This document shows, in pieces, positions 1-10,826 of a stretch of DNA of 64,000 bases. This DNA is from Guillardia theta CCMP2712 (taxonomy: Eukaryota; Protista; Cryptophyta). Made by a program: the position numbers and the translations under genes. The stretch's first letter is position 1; each line of letters starts with the position of its first letter. The notes beneath the pieces are model-generated. The model searched no databases. It worked only from the letters and a program-made list of their open reading frames with translations, and was not told the origin of the DNA. The stretch spans positions 212,130-276,129 of the forward strand of contig NW_005434643.1 in the NCBI RefSeq assembly GCF_000315625.1, read 5' to 3'.

Positions 1-113
1 TTCGCTAGGGATGTGCTCATCATGAAAAATATGCTTTTAATAAAGTTTAGAGATACATGTTTAATATAGAAGCAACGCTTTCACGAATGCGAAAAGTTCT
101 ACATCTCCAAAGC

Positions 114-396
114 TTACTCCTGGCGGTAGTCACAGTAGGTGTGGGAGCGGCCACCGTCGCAGTTGTTGACGTAGCCGGTGGGGGGCATGTAGAGCTGTGA
201 AAATGTGAGAAAATTCAAGCGCTTAACGCAGACTTACAGTTCCGTAGAAGTCATGGCCGGAACCCTGTCCGTCGAACTGGCCAGAGCCGAAGTAGATGTA
301 GGAGGTTCCGTTGCCGTTCTCCCAGGACTGGGGCTGGATACCGCTGGAACCAGCGTAGCCGGTGTCGAAGGCAACAGACTCGAGGATGGAGAACAT
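114..396 (-). CDS. Small 79-aa Gly/Tyr/Ser-rich hypothetical protein (2 coding exons)
   Basis: Exons 396-238 and 194-114 with a 43-nt GT-AG intron give MFSILESVAFDTGYAGSSGIQPQSWENGNGTSYIYFGSGQFDGQGSGHDFYGTLYMPPTGYVNNCDGGRSHTYCDYRQE*. Strong C-ending codon bias. Not in the ORF track. Confidence 0.8.
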
Positions 397-697
397 CTAA
401 ACCATTTGTAAGAGCCCATTTTTCAAATCTCCGACGAAGACAACACATATAATCAACATCCATGCACAGAAAATGACTTGAGGCGTGCAGTCACAACAAG
501 AAGTGTGTTTTACAAGCAGTGCAACAGTTTGAGCACGTCACGTTTACCAACACCAGCCTTGTTTCCTAATGAATCAATGAATCGAATCCGAACATAACAC
601 GAAGACAACACCACGTGTATCATATCCACGATATCTCATATCAACTTCTCGCATCTGCGTACCTCGCGGGGATGCCTTTCCAAACTCCCTCTGCCAC

Positions 698-705
698 TTT
701 TTATA
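698..705 (-). promoter_or_regulatory. TATA box of the small minus-strand gene
   Basis: TATAAAAA on the minus strand about 35 nt upstream of a G|GTACG donor at 662. The matching AG acceptor (397-398) lies directly before the ATG, implying a 5'UTR intron at 397-662. Confidence 0.55.
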
Positions 706-1250
706 CCCCCCTGCTCTATTTCCGGCGCCTCCACCTCACCCCCAGTCAGAGAGTGACGTCGGGCCTCTTCCCTGCACCGGTAGTATCATCGGATTTTAGG
801 ATAACCGTGAGGCTATTGAGGGGTGGGTGGGTAGTCTAATTGAACTCGGAACGGGCTCACGCGCGGGCGGGGGTCCTCAGCCTAGGAGATGGGGGGCATG
901 GCTAGTCGGATGCCTTCGAAGTCCACCACTGACGTGTGACTGCTGGCCCTAGTATACTGACCTCACCTTCCTGACCCGGTGCTCGGACTCGAGGTGTGGG
1001 TGGGGTACGGTACGGTCATTGATCGGATGTTATTTCGGGGGTCCTCCGCCGTCAGGCTCTCCGAACTATTTTGGGACTCAACCCGGTGCCACCCGGCCGG
1101 GACCGCACTACTACTACTCTCTGATTTTTTACTTAACTTTGAGTAAAGACTCTGGCATCGTCGGACTGCCCGGCCTGGGCCGGGGCCCGGGGCAGCGCCT
1201 ATCAGCCGAGTAGTACTCAGTGGCCTCATCCCCCACGTGCCCTCAAGAAA

Positions 1251-1761
1251 ATGGCTGGGGAAGGAAGCAGCGGGACAGATGGAGGAGCGGGTTCATGGCT
1301 TGTGGAATGGTTGATGAAGCCTGGGAGCAGCATGTCAGCGGGGATGCAGAAAGTTCTCAAGTGAGTGCAAGTGCATTGCATGTGTTTGTACCTCATTGCA
1401 CATCCTTGTTCGCACCTCATACCATCTACCTCTGACTCCCTGAATGTGTTGCAGCAACGTTTTCATCGCTCTCTTTCTCTGTATCATCTTCTTGATGTGG
1501 TTGACAAACTTCGGGAACATCCACACCTACATCTTCTTTCTGCTCGCCCTAGGACTTTTCTTCTCTGTCCGTTTCTTCATCACCGAGTTGACCAAAGCAC
1601 AAGCTGCTGGGCTCATCGATATCAATGCGCCGCATGATCAAGGCAAGAAGAATGATGATGATGATGAACAAGAGCGTGTTAGGATGCAGGAACAGGTTGA
1701 AATGACTCGGAGACTGGAACAAGAGGCAGAAATCCGCAGGAGGCAGAATAAATCAGACTAG
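1251..1761 (+). CDS. Pkr1-like ER membrane protein (V-ATPase assembly factor family)
   Basis: Exon 1251-1360, intron 1361-1454, exon 1455-1761: ...WLVEWLMKPGSS...NVFIALFLCIIFLMWLTNFGNIHTYIFFLLALGLFFSVRFFITEL. Two TM helices flank NIH and are followed by a charged tail, as in yeast Pkr1. Confidence 0.65.
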
Positions 1762-1902
1762 AAACTCTGAATGAACTTGTGACACCAGAAGAGAACAAGT
1801 ATGAGGAATATCACAGAGAGAGATTCGAATTGGAGCAGTTGATGAAACCTCGAGTGTCTTTACTAGTAGGCTAGAAACGAGCAACGAACTCTCAGACTGA
1901 AA

Positions 1903-4167
1903 TCAGCTCAGCGCCGCCTGATACTCAACGAGTGACTGAAAGGACAACAGAACAACGACTAACCTGGAGCCTGTGAAGGAGCTCTTTCTTGTCATGCTCT
2001 GATAGCATATCCACCTGTTGCGGCCGATAGCATCAGCATGCGACTGTACTTGTCACGATATCTCCCACCTGGGAGAGGATTCGAGCGACTGAGAGTTGCT
2101 TCGGCGAGTGAATGAACGTCGCTCGGTAAACAGTAACAAACACCGACATGATGATCTGCCCTCACAACATTTAGCGACAATGGACACAGAGATCACTTGA
2201 ACATCCTTCTCTTGCCTACCCTTCCTCCTAATCCCAGCCCTCCTCTCTACTGACTCGTTTCCCATTCTTAAACCAACCTGACAGTCCATTCTATCAGTGA
2301 TGCCACCATGACCGGGAATAAGATCGCCAAAATCTTTGATCCTGAATGCCCTCTTGAATCCTATTTGCTGATTAGAATCAAAATTTCAGGAAGGGGATAC
2401 TGTACCGGATGCAAAGAATCCGCCGAAGGGGGCAATTAATGAAGCGAACATTGCCATGTTGATGGCGTGCCAAACAAACGGCATTATCATCATCGCATTG
2501 CCTATTGCAAGATCGTTACAAGGAGATGATAACTTATAACAAAAAGAAAAAATACCCAATTGATATCTTTCAGGCAAGAATGCAGTTAGGGAACTCAACC
2601 ATGTGGGTCTGTTACAGCCGCACTCAGAAACCTCGAAAGAAACCAAGACAACACCCAGAAAGTCTGCTTACATCTTAACAGGCACTGATGCGATGAATAC
2701 CGGATCATACTTGCAATGCAGGTCAGGAAACGGTTGAACGGTCAGTTCCTCTTGGGAGCAGATCATGTAGTCAAAGGTTGACATGAGCATGCACGCCCTA
2801 ACCAACGTGTCAGCAAATCCTGTAAAATCTGGGAAGGAGGTAAGACCAAAGTGCAAAGATTACTGTTGTTATGAATGCACCTGTACAGAGGATAAGCCAA
2901 ATCAATGCAACATCAAAGATCATACCAATGAAACCCTCCCAGGTCTTCTTGGGTGAAAGTTTAATCAGAGGCGTTTTGCCCCAAAATCGCCCAAACACAT
3001 CTGCAAGAGAGGAAAGGCGTCAGGGTTCTATATTTGTCTGAAACGAGAATATTACATGCATACACGTCATTCCAAATGACGAGGCACACTGGAACGAAGA
3101 ACCAAATCATGCCGTCATACATGTTCTGCAGAACTTGAGCGGTGTTGTGCAAGAGAGTTCCGAAAACCTTGATCATGCATGATGCCGTCGCAACCACCAT
3201 TAGTAACGTAATGTGAGTCCAGCCGAACTTGACACCATTGTTCAGTTTTCCAACATTACGAATAACAATGCAAGCACCTGTGTGAATTGATATTTATATG
3301 TCCCTTTCTCTAGACTGCAGAGTATCCTCAGAGACAATGGAAACAGCCGATCCAGACCTTAAGATGAATGTACAGAATCCAATGCACCATAAAGCAAAGG
3401 ACTTGAAGGCATGATGATCGCTCAACCATCCCACCAGAAACGACAGACGAGTTTCAAGATGCACAACCTATGGCGCATCGAGATATTGTTCATCTCCTGT
3501 ACAGAACATTTTGCATGCATTGAGATCACCCGTATGTGACCTTGGAGAATCCTCCCGTATATAAAGTAGATTGTAACCGCGAAAAAGTACCAATTGAGCG
3601 TTCTGTCAACTTCATGTTTAGCGAAGACGCGCGGATGATTTCGAGTGGCGGAAATGATTACCTGAACCAAGGGATTCGCTTGTCTTTCTCTTTGTTTCTT
3701 TTCAACGCGAGGATCTCCTTGAACATACCAGCTTTGATGCAAATAATGAGAGCCATCACGTAGATCTGGCCGCTGGCTATCACGATCAGGAATCCTGCGC
3801 AGGGGAGGTAGAGAATGTAAGTCAGAAAGCAGCTAGACATCCGCAGAGAATGTCGACAATGATAACCATACCAATGAACATGGCGAAAGTCCATCGTGTC
3901 CGAGTCCAGAACTCCTGTCGCTTTCGGGCTGCGATGACCTCTGGAGACTCTTCTTGTTGTGGGGCCTTGTACGCATTTGGAAACCACTTTGACAAGGCTT
4001 GAAGGTTCTCAAAGTTTGCATGAGGATCTATCTTGGGGGTCTTTGGGCTCAACAAGCCAGCCCCCTTCTCACTCAGATTTGCCTGTCACTTGCGTGAGGC
4101 TATCGCAATCGAGGCAACATAAGGACAATACTTCTGATTTCGATCTTGGCGGATGATCATCTGCCAT
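1903..4167 (-). CDS. CDS: Phosphatidate cytidylyltransferase (CDP-diacylglycerol synthase), multi-exon
   Basis: Motifs [62 protein letters not shown] and LNWYFF across many short-intron exons. Start MADDHPPRS at 4167; end ...AALS* at 1903. Confidence 0.93.
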
Positions 4168-4183
4168 ATACCCATCAGCGATA

Positions 4184-4215
<32 letters not shown>
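4184..4215. repeat. (CGGTCT)n hexamer microsatellite just upstream of the CDS start
   Basis: About 5 copies of cggtct visible. Confidence 0.8.
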
Positions 4216-4894
4216 TGATGCTAAGCTCGAGGGCCGTTTCCCTTCCCTTTCCTGTAAGTAAAAACTTCAAGGGCATGCTGGGATATCTCAATCGAAAAAC
4301 AACGTCGCAAGCAGATATTTTCAATCACACACCTTCAATGCTGTCGCCGCAGTTTTGCGCTGCTTCATCTGTTTCAGTGAGCTGGATATATGTCTTTACC
4401 GCATCGCCACTAGACCAGGAAAACCTGGCGGAGCGATCAGATCGTGATATCGTAGTGCTTCATGCGAAGCTACAGCCTTTTTTTTCAAGATCTGAAGCTC
4501 ACTGGGGATCGCTGGAAGTGAGGACAGACTGCAACTACTGGACCACTTTGCTACTTCGACATGTTTGTCGCTTGACAATCATCTACCAGCATCATATCGC
4601 TCCACCCCTCGTATCTGATTGCGGCATGAGAACGGCGCTCAAACCAGCATGTCACTACCCCACCCTACCTCCTCCGTATTGCTGCTACCCCTTCAAACCC
4701 TCTACTACCCCTCAGGTCCCTTCGTCCACCCCCTCAGGTCACCGTATCAGCTTGGAGACACAAGGGGTACCTTCCATGACCACCGGCCATCATGGAGTGA
4801 AATGGTGGGGTCGTATCACCTCTCACACAAGTACCCCTTAAATCATTAGTAAAATCACCCCTCCACATCCACCCTGGCACTAGTAATAGAACTT

Positions 4895-5410
4895 CGAGGC
4901 TGCAGTGCGGCGGCCGGGGCCGGCCGCCACCGGTGGCCGGGCCCCCCGTGACGGACGGTGGTCCCGGGCCGTTCCGATCAGTTCCGGCATCGTCATGTAC
5001 CGTAGTACACACTTTTGAGTAAAGGCACGACCCGGGGGGGGGGGGGGGGGGGGCGCGGCCGCCGGCCCCTACGGGTACGGTGCCGCCCGGTTTTTCGCGC
5101 CGTACCCGCCGCCCGGCGCAACAGGCCGGGCTCCGAGGCTCCGGCGGCCGGCCTGGCAGTCACGGGCAGTCACAGTCACCGCCGGCCCGGTCACCGGCCG
5201 CCGGGCCGGGCTGCTCGACTCCCGTCGCCGGGGCCGCTCGGAGCCTCGGTTTCCGGGAGCCCGGCCGCCTGCCCGGCGCGGCGCCGCGCGGCCGCCGCCA
5301 GCCGGCCCAGCCGGCACTGCGGGCTGACTCAGTGAGTCTGTCCGACTCGGAGGCTGAGTCCGCCTCTGCAGTGCCGGGCGCCTTTCTGGGCGCCTTCAGG
5401 GGCGCCTTTC
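4895..5410. repeat. GC-rich palindromic low-complexity intergenic island with poly-G tract
   Basis: Very high GC, dense CCGG/CGGCCG/GTAC/GACTC words, G-run at ~5033-5053. Lies between divergent genes. Confidence 0.75.
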
Positions 5411-6236
5411 AATCGGTGGAATATGAGCGGGGATGAGGGATACGTGAGCAGCAGCGGCGGGAGCGGCTGTATGGGCATGGAGGCAGAGTGAGGAGAAGGG
5501 CATGGCCTGGTGGACACGTTAGCAGAAGCAAAGAAGAGAGGGAGAGGTTGTGTGAACTAAGGAATGGAAAAGAGCGGTCCATCTCAAACATCGTAGCTTC
5601 AGTACTAACAGCCCCTTGAACAGTGAGGCTTATCGCAATGAGCGGTTTAGTGCTCAAGTAGGTGCGAGGTCATCACATCGCGTGAGAGGACGGGAGAAGA
5701 AGCAACCTATACCATATTGATGAAGTTAAAAAGTCAAAGACGAGGGTAGCAAAGGCGTACAAGACTACCTGTATCATCTCCTCGCTTGTGCGCTCTTGAG
5801 TGAGGAACGGATGAATGACGACCGGGACTATGTCGATGATTTGATTTTTGATTGGAGAACGATTCTGTGAAGGCTCTTCATTCTGTGAAATATCACTGTA
5901 GCTGATCCATGAATGTTATTGTGTGGATGCTTATGGTTCAATCTTACTCTAATGATGCAAGTTTGGATGTGAACATAAGTTGTAGTTGTTGTTTCTGAAA
6001 TATGTGGTATCCAGAAATTTGGAGCAGATGTTTCCTGGTTATCACGACTTGAGGCTTGTCTGAAGACGTTGTCTGGAAAGATCAGGTTGTGCAGAAACAG
6101 CTGAGTGTTGAAATCTTTCAATCCCTGCTCTCTGAGGCTCAACGGTTAGCTTAACGGTAAGCTTGTGCCAAGCCGGTTCGATCTTCAAGGCAAGAATTGC
6201 ATCTGAGCTATCATTTCATAAAAGAAACCGAACAGA

Positions 6237-7896
6237 ATGGGTGAGGCGTCGAAAAAGAAGGAGATTTTTACGTATGAAGCTCCATGGGAGATCTACGGAA
6301 TGAGCTGGAGTGTTCGTCCTGATAAGCGATTTAGAATAGCAGTTGGCAGCTTCATCGAAGAATATAGCAACAAAGTTCAGGTGAAGATTATTCGCGCCGT
6401 GAAAGCTTTTCCTCTGATGGTCATTTCATCCAGATTATTCAATTGAACGAGAACAAAGGTCAATTTCAGGAGACGGCAATTTTTGATCATCCATACCCAA
6501 CAACCAAGGTTCTACATGAGAGGATCAAAATGAATGTAATGTTTGTTTAGATCATGTGGATCCCAGACAAAGTTGGAACCCAAAAGGATCTGCTTGCAAC
6601 TACTGGGGATTACCTGAGATTGTAAGGATTGAGGAGGTTCTTGGGCAGGAGATCTGTTGACCTTTTGATAGATGGGAAGTTCAATCCGGCGCGTCTTCTA
6701 GCAATTCTTCTGTGGCCATGAAGAAGCTCCTGAATAATGTAAGAGCGATGACTTCGGATGATGTCAATTGCTTGCCGGAAATTGTCGCCTAATGTCTTGG
6801 CAACTTCCTTCGCTACGTTTGACTGTGGGATGTTGCCAGAATAAGAACAGTGAATTTTGTGCTCCATTGACTTCGTTCGACTGGAACGATACGGATCCGT
6901 CCATCATCGGCACCTCTTCTATCGACACGACATGCACGAGTATGCCGAATTCGCTTGTTTCAAGCATTGGTGTTCACAGCGTGTGTTCAGTTTGGAACAT
7001 CGAGACCGGACAAGCTAAGACACAGTTGATAGGTATCTTCTTCTTCATTGCATAGCGATGATGGATAACGATGACCTCTTGAAAGCTCACGACAAAGAAG
7101 TCTATGACATCGCATTTGCATGCGGCACAGAAGTGTTCGCGTCTGTTGGTGCTGACGGCTCTGTCCGTCTGTTTGATCTCAGGTGTTGGATGTACTAAAT
7201 CTCCTCACTTCGATCTCACGGTGTGGCTTGCAGGAGCTTGGAACACTCTACAATCATTTACGAAAGCTCAACTCCACCAGATGCGCCCCCTCTGCTCCGT
7301 CTGGCTTGGAACAAACAAGTACTTTCATTCTGACTCTACTTCATGGTATTATCTTGACAAATGTCTCAGGATACGAATTATCTTGCCACTTTCATGATGG
7401 ACAATACATCAGTGGTCATTTTGGACATCCGGTCGGCCTAGGTGTGTAGATTCGGTGGTTGTACTGATGTTTTTGCATCAGAGTTCCTTCGCTCCCTGTC
7501 GCGGAGCTCCAAGGACATGAGCAGAGTGTCAACGCTATCGCGTGGGCACCGCATTCCCACTGCCACATCTGCTCGGGTACCTCGTCTGTTCGTCTGAGGG
7601 TGTATTAGTGACTCCAATGTAGCCGGCGATGATGCACATGCCTTGATCTGGGACCTGCAAGCGCTTCCTCGAGCCATTGAAGGTGGCAATAGCCTTGGAC
7701 GCTATCGGCCGTGTGGCTGACATTTCTCACAGATCCTATCCTTGCTTACAAGGCCATGGGTGAGATCAATCAACTTCAGGTCTTGCCGGCTCTTCTCTCC
7801 TTCTCCTTACTGAGCTTGCTGTTGCAGTGGTCTGCCTCTCAGCCGGATTGGGTTGCCATCGGTTTCGGACAACAGATGCAGATCCTCAGAGTCTGA
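6237..7896 (+). CDS. DCAF7: WD40 protein, DCAF7/WDR68/AN11(TTG1) family, multi-exon
   Basis: [98 protein letters not shown], and C-terminal MQILRV*. Confidence 0.95.
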
Positions 7897-8010
7897 CGGA
7901 GAGTCACTGAACTCCTGTGCACATGCTCGGACACCCGGAAAGATGACATAGACATCGAGAGTGAGAGTGTCCAGAACGATGAAGCTAATGCCCTATCTCT
8001 CCGTATTGGT

Positions 8011-8784
8011 TCATGTCTCCCTGGTAGCATGAAGCACTAGGACTCCTCGCCTCTCACCGCAGGTCTTGTCGACTGTGTCCATGGCATTGTAGAGTCTCTT
8101 GATCTCTATCCAGAAAGGATGCGTGAACATCCATACGTCAAGTATGAGCACGCGATCTGTCTCAGGGTCCATCGCTGCTGCAGGGGAGAAGTGACCTCCC
8201 CACCAGTGACCTTGACCCGCCACCGCCATGCTGTAGTTGCAGATGACAGCGCTGGTGGCTGACGCCCTTGGGCATGCCAGGTGTTGGGTGAGTAGAGATC
8301 GGAGAGAATCTTCATCTGTCAAGCGGACGACCTCCGACGCGATGGGTGCGGCCATGGTGCTCTTCTTCACCTCCATGGTCACCTCGGAGAGCTCCGCCAA
8401 CGTCATCCCACGGCTGTGGATCTCACTCACACGAGAGCAAGAGCTCTGGTTGATCACCGCCTCGATGTCGCCTTCAGTGATCGACACCGACTTGTGCCCC
8501 AGCAGGTAGTCGAGCGAGATGCTGAGAGACGCCAGGCCGCAGGTCCTCAAGTGAACTTGCTTCCTGAACAAGGGGAACATTCGAGTAGCTAGTGACATCC
8601 CGCTTGCCGCGGCATGCTCTAGCATGGCGGTGCTCTCCGAAGTATTACCGTGTAAAATCAATTCCTGCTCTGTTTCCGCAAGCATCTTATCCCCCTCTTG
8701 TGCTGAGCATCCTACTTTCTTACAGATCTCCTGCACAACAAGCGATCGCCGCGGGGGCTCCCAAGGATCGCGGGATGGCATCAA
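8011..8784 (-). CDS. Phytochelatin synthase-like (papain-fold gamma-glutamylcysteine transferase domain); may have further 5' exons
   Basis: FRKQVHLRTCGLASL (catalytic Cys), GMTLAEL, GGHFSP (His), VLILDV (Asp), AMDTVDKTCGERRG. Confidence 0.82.
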   Translation of the reverse strand: MMPSRDPWEPPRRSLVVQEICKKVGCSAQEGDKMLAETEQELILHGNTSESTAMLEHAAASGMSLATRMFPLFRKQVHLRTCGLASLSISLDYLLGHKSVSITEGDIEAVINQSSCSRVSEIHSRGMTLAELSEVTMEVKKSTMAAPIASEVVRLTDEDSLRSLLTQHLACPRASATSAVICNYSMAVAGQGHWWGGHFSPAAAMDPETDRVLILDVWMFTHPFWIEIKRLYNAMDTVDKTCGERRGVLVLHATRET

Positions 8785-9825
8785 GATCCAGGATCAAACA
8801 GCACAAGGTCTCTGTCCCCTTGTCCCCTTGTCTCTCTGTCTCTCTGGTTCCCTTCCGCCCCTCCCCATCCCTTCCCTCCTTCTCTTCTTCCCTCTCTCCC
8901 TCTGTCCTTGTAAAAGTTTTTCTGCTTGTACCCCCCATAAATGTTGACAAGCCCACCTCAGAGGGTCGAAGCGACAGCAATGCATCAGGCGAAGGGAGGA
9001 TGGAGAGACGAGGGGAGAGAAGAATGAGAGAGACGAGGGGAGGTGGAGAGGAGTAAGACAGCAGGAACGGAACTTGTAGCTGGCAGGGAGTGATTTGAGA
9101 GACGGTTTGGTGAGAAGATATTCATCTGGCACTTGAGAAAACTAGATGAAACCTAGCCGAGAGTATTCGAAGTTTGCCTCTTTGCTGCAACATCGCAGTC
9201 ATGTAAATGATGACCAGTTCGAATCTCCTCAAGGAACATTGTATCAATGCGCTCAACACCGACTCTCCCTCTTCGCTGTGACTCGCTCTGACTCGTTGGA
9301 ACTACTCAGGCAGGATGTTTGGCTCCCTGATGATCACTTGCAACCCTGCTGTCAAGGTTGCTGGGGTTGTCTGCGAGGACAAGACCAAGTTCGATCGCAG
9401 TGACGACAGGACCGGATAGGTTGCCATGTCAGAGGGCGAGCATGGGAGGTAGCAGCAGACATTATACCTGCAGTGAGAGCTGTGTGTACTGATCTGTGTT
9501 GATGTACAAAAGCTGGTTTATACGCCTCCACCTGCTGCATCAGTTCGACTTGTCCGCCATCCTTGCTCTTTCGACTTTCATCTCTCTCACACAAACAACT
9601 TGTACTACCAGCATATGAGGGAGTGAGACGTGAATGGTCGATGCCCAACCCTCGACAAGGATCTCGACACGTTGGGCTAGGATTGGTAGAGTTGAGTGGA
9701 AATGAGACAAGCATTTGAGATTAGTAGGGCCATAAATGGGTGAGAGGAGAAGAGGCGATTCAAGCAGAAGCAAGGAGTGCAGAAGAAGAGAAGAGTGCAG
9801 AGGAGATCGGAAGTGTGATGTGACG

Positions 9826-9985
9826 TAAAGTGTGATGTGACGTAATGTGATGGGATGTGTGATGTGACGTGACTTAATGGGATGGGATGGGATGGGATGG
9901 GATGGGATGGGATGGGATGGGATGGGATGGGATGGGATGGGATGGGATGGGATGGGATGGGATGGGATGGGATGAAACATGATGT
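9826..9985. repeat. (GGGAT)n pentanucleotide microsatellite with degenerate GTGAT flanks
   Basis: About 19 perfect GGGAT units at ~9878-9973. Confidence 0.95.
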
Positions 9986-10259
9986 GATCTCATGTGTGTT
10001 GAGGCGACAAGACGACAAGCATCATCTGCTCGACTTCTCTCGCTCACCCAGCAAGGTCAAGACGATAAAGCTGGGGTACATGGAAGGGTGGGGTCTGACC
10101 ATGGGTAGTATTCATGCCTGGGGTTCTATCAGTACCCTACTGAACCTCAAGGAAAATATCCGGTGGTCCGGATGAATGGCCTTTTGCTGTGGGGTGGGTT
10201 CTCCTGAAATGAGAATGGGGTGTTCGGCGGGTGGGGTAGTGTACCATGGGTGGATCTCA

Positions 10260-10339
10260 GAGAGATGGAGAGGAGAGAGAGAGTGAGTGAGAGAGAGAGA
10301 GAGGAGAGCGAGAGAGGAGGGGAGAGAGAGAGAGAGGAG

Positions 10340-10390
<51 letters not shown>

Positions 10391-10560
10391 NNNNNNNNNN
10401 NNNNNNNNNNNNNNNNNNNNNNNNNNNNNNNNNNNNNNNNNNNNNNNNNNNNNNNNNNNNNNNNNNNNNNNNNNNNNNNNNNNNNNNNNNGAGAGAGAGG
10501 AGGGGGAAGAGAAGGCGTGAGGGGGGGGGATGAGAAGAGATTTCACACAAGTAAGGGAGA
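10260..10560. repeat. (GA)n microsatellite containing a 100-N assembly gap (10391-10490)
   Basis: GA dinucleotide run on both sides of the N stretch. Confidence 0.95.
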
Positions 10561-10826
10561 GGAGGGAAGGAAGGGGGGTGAGAAGGGAAGGAGAGGCACG
10601 AAAAAAAATGTGCAGGAGTGACGAGAAGAAGAGAGTGGAGCGTTTGAGGGATAGAGGTAAAGATGATGAGCTTTTTCAAGAGACTGCGTTAAAAGCAAAC
10701 ACAACGAGGGCAAAACTATTTCATCACTCGCTGATGGATCGATTGACGTTTTCTATGGCAGTCAGGTGCATGTAGACGAGGGCGCGGGAGGATCATTGAA
10801 GCTCTCCTTATTAGCTGAGACTTGAG

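Noticed and set aside
4146-4841. 231-aa plus-strand ORF starting MADDH, mirroring the minus-strand CDS start
   Set aside because: Arises from an imperfect palindrome (TGGCGGATGATCATCTGCCA) over the real start codon; TTG start, runs through a microsatellite, no homology signal.
9878-9973. Telomere-like repeat
   Set aside because: An internal (GGGAT)n run with degenerate flanks and genes on both sides; an ordinary microsatellite.
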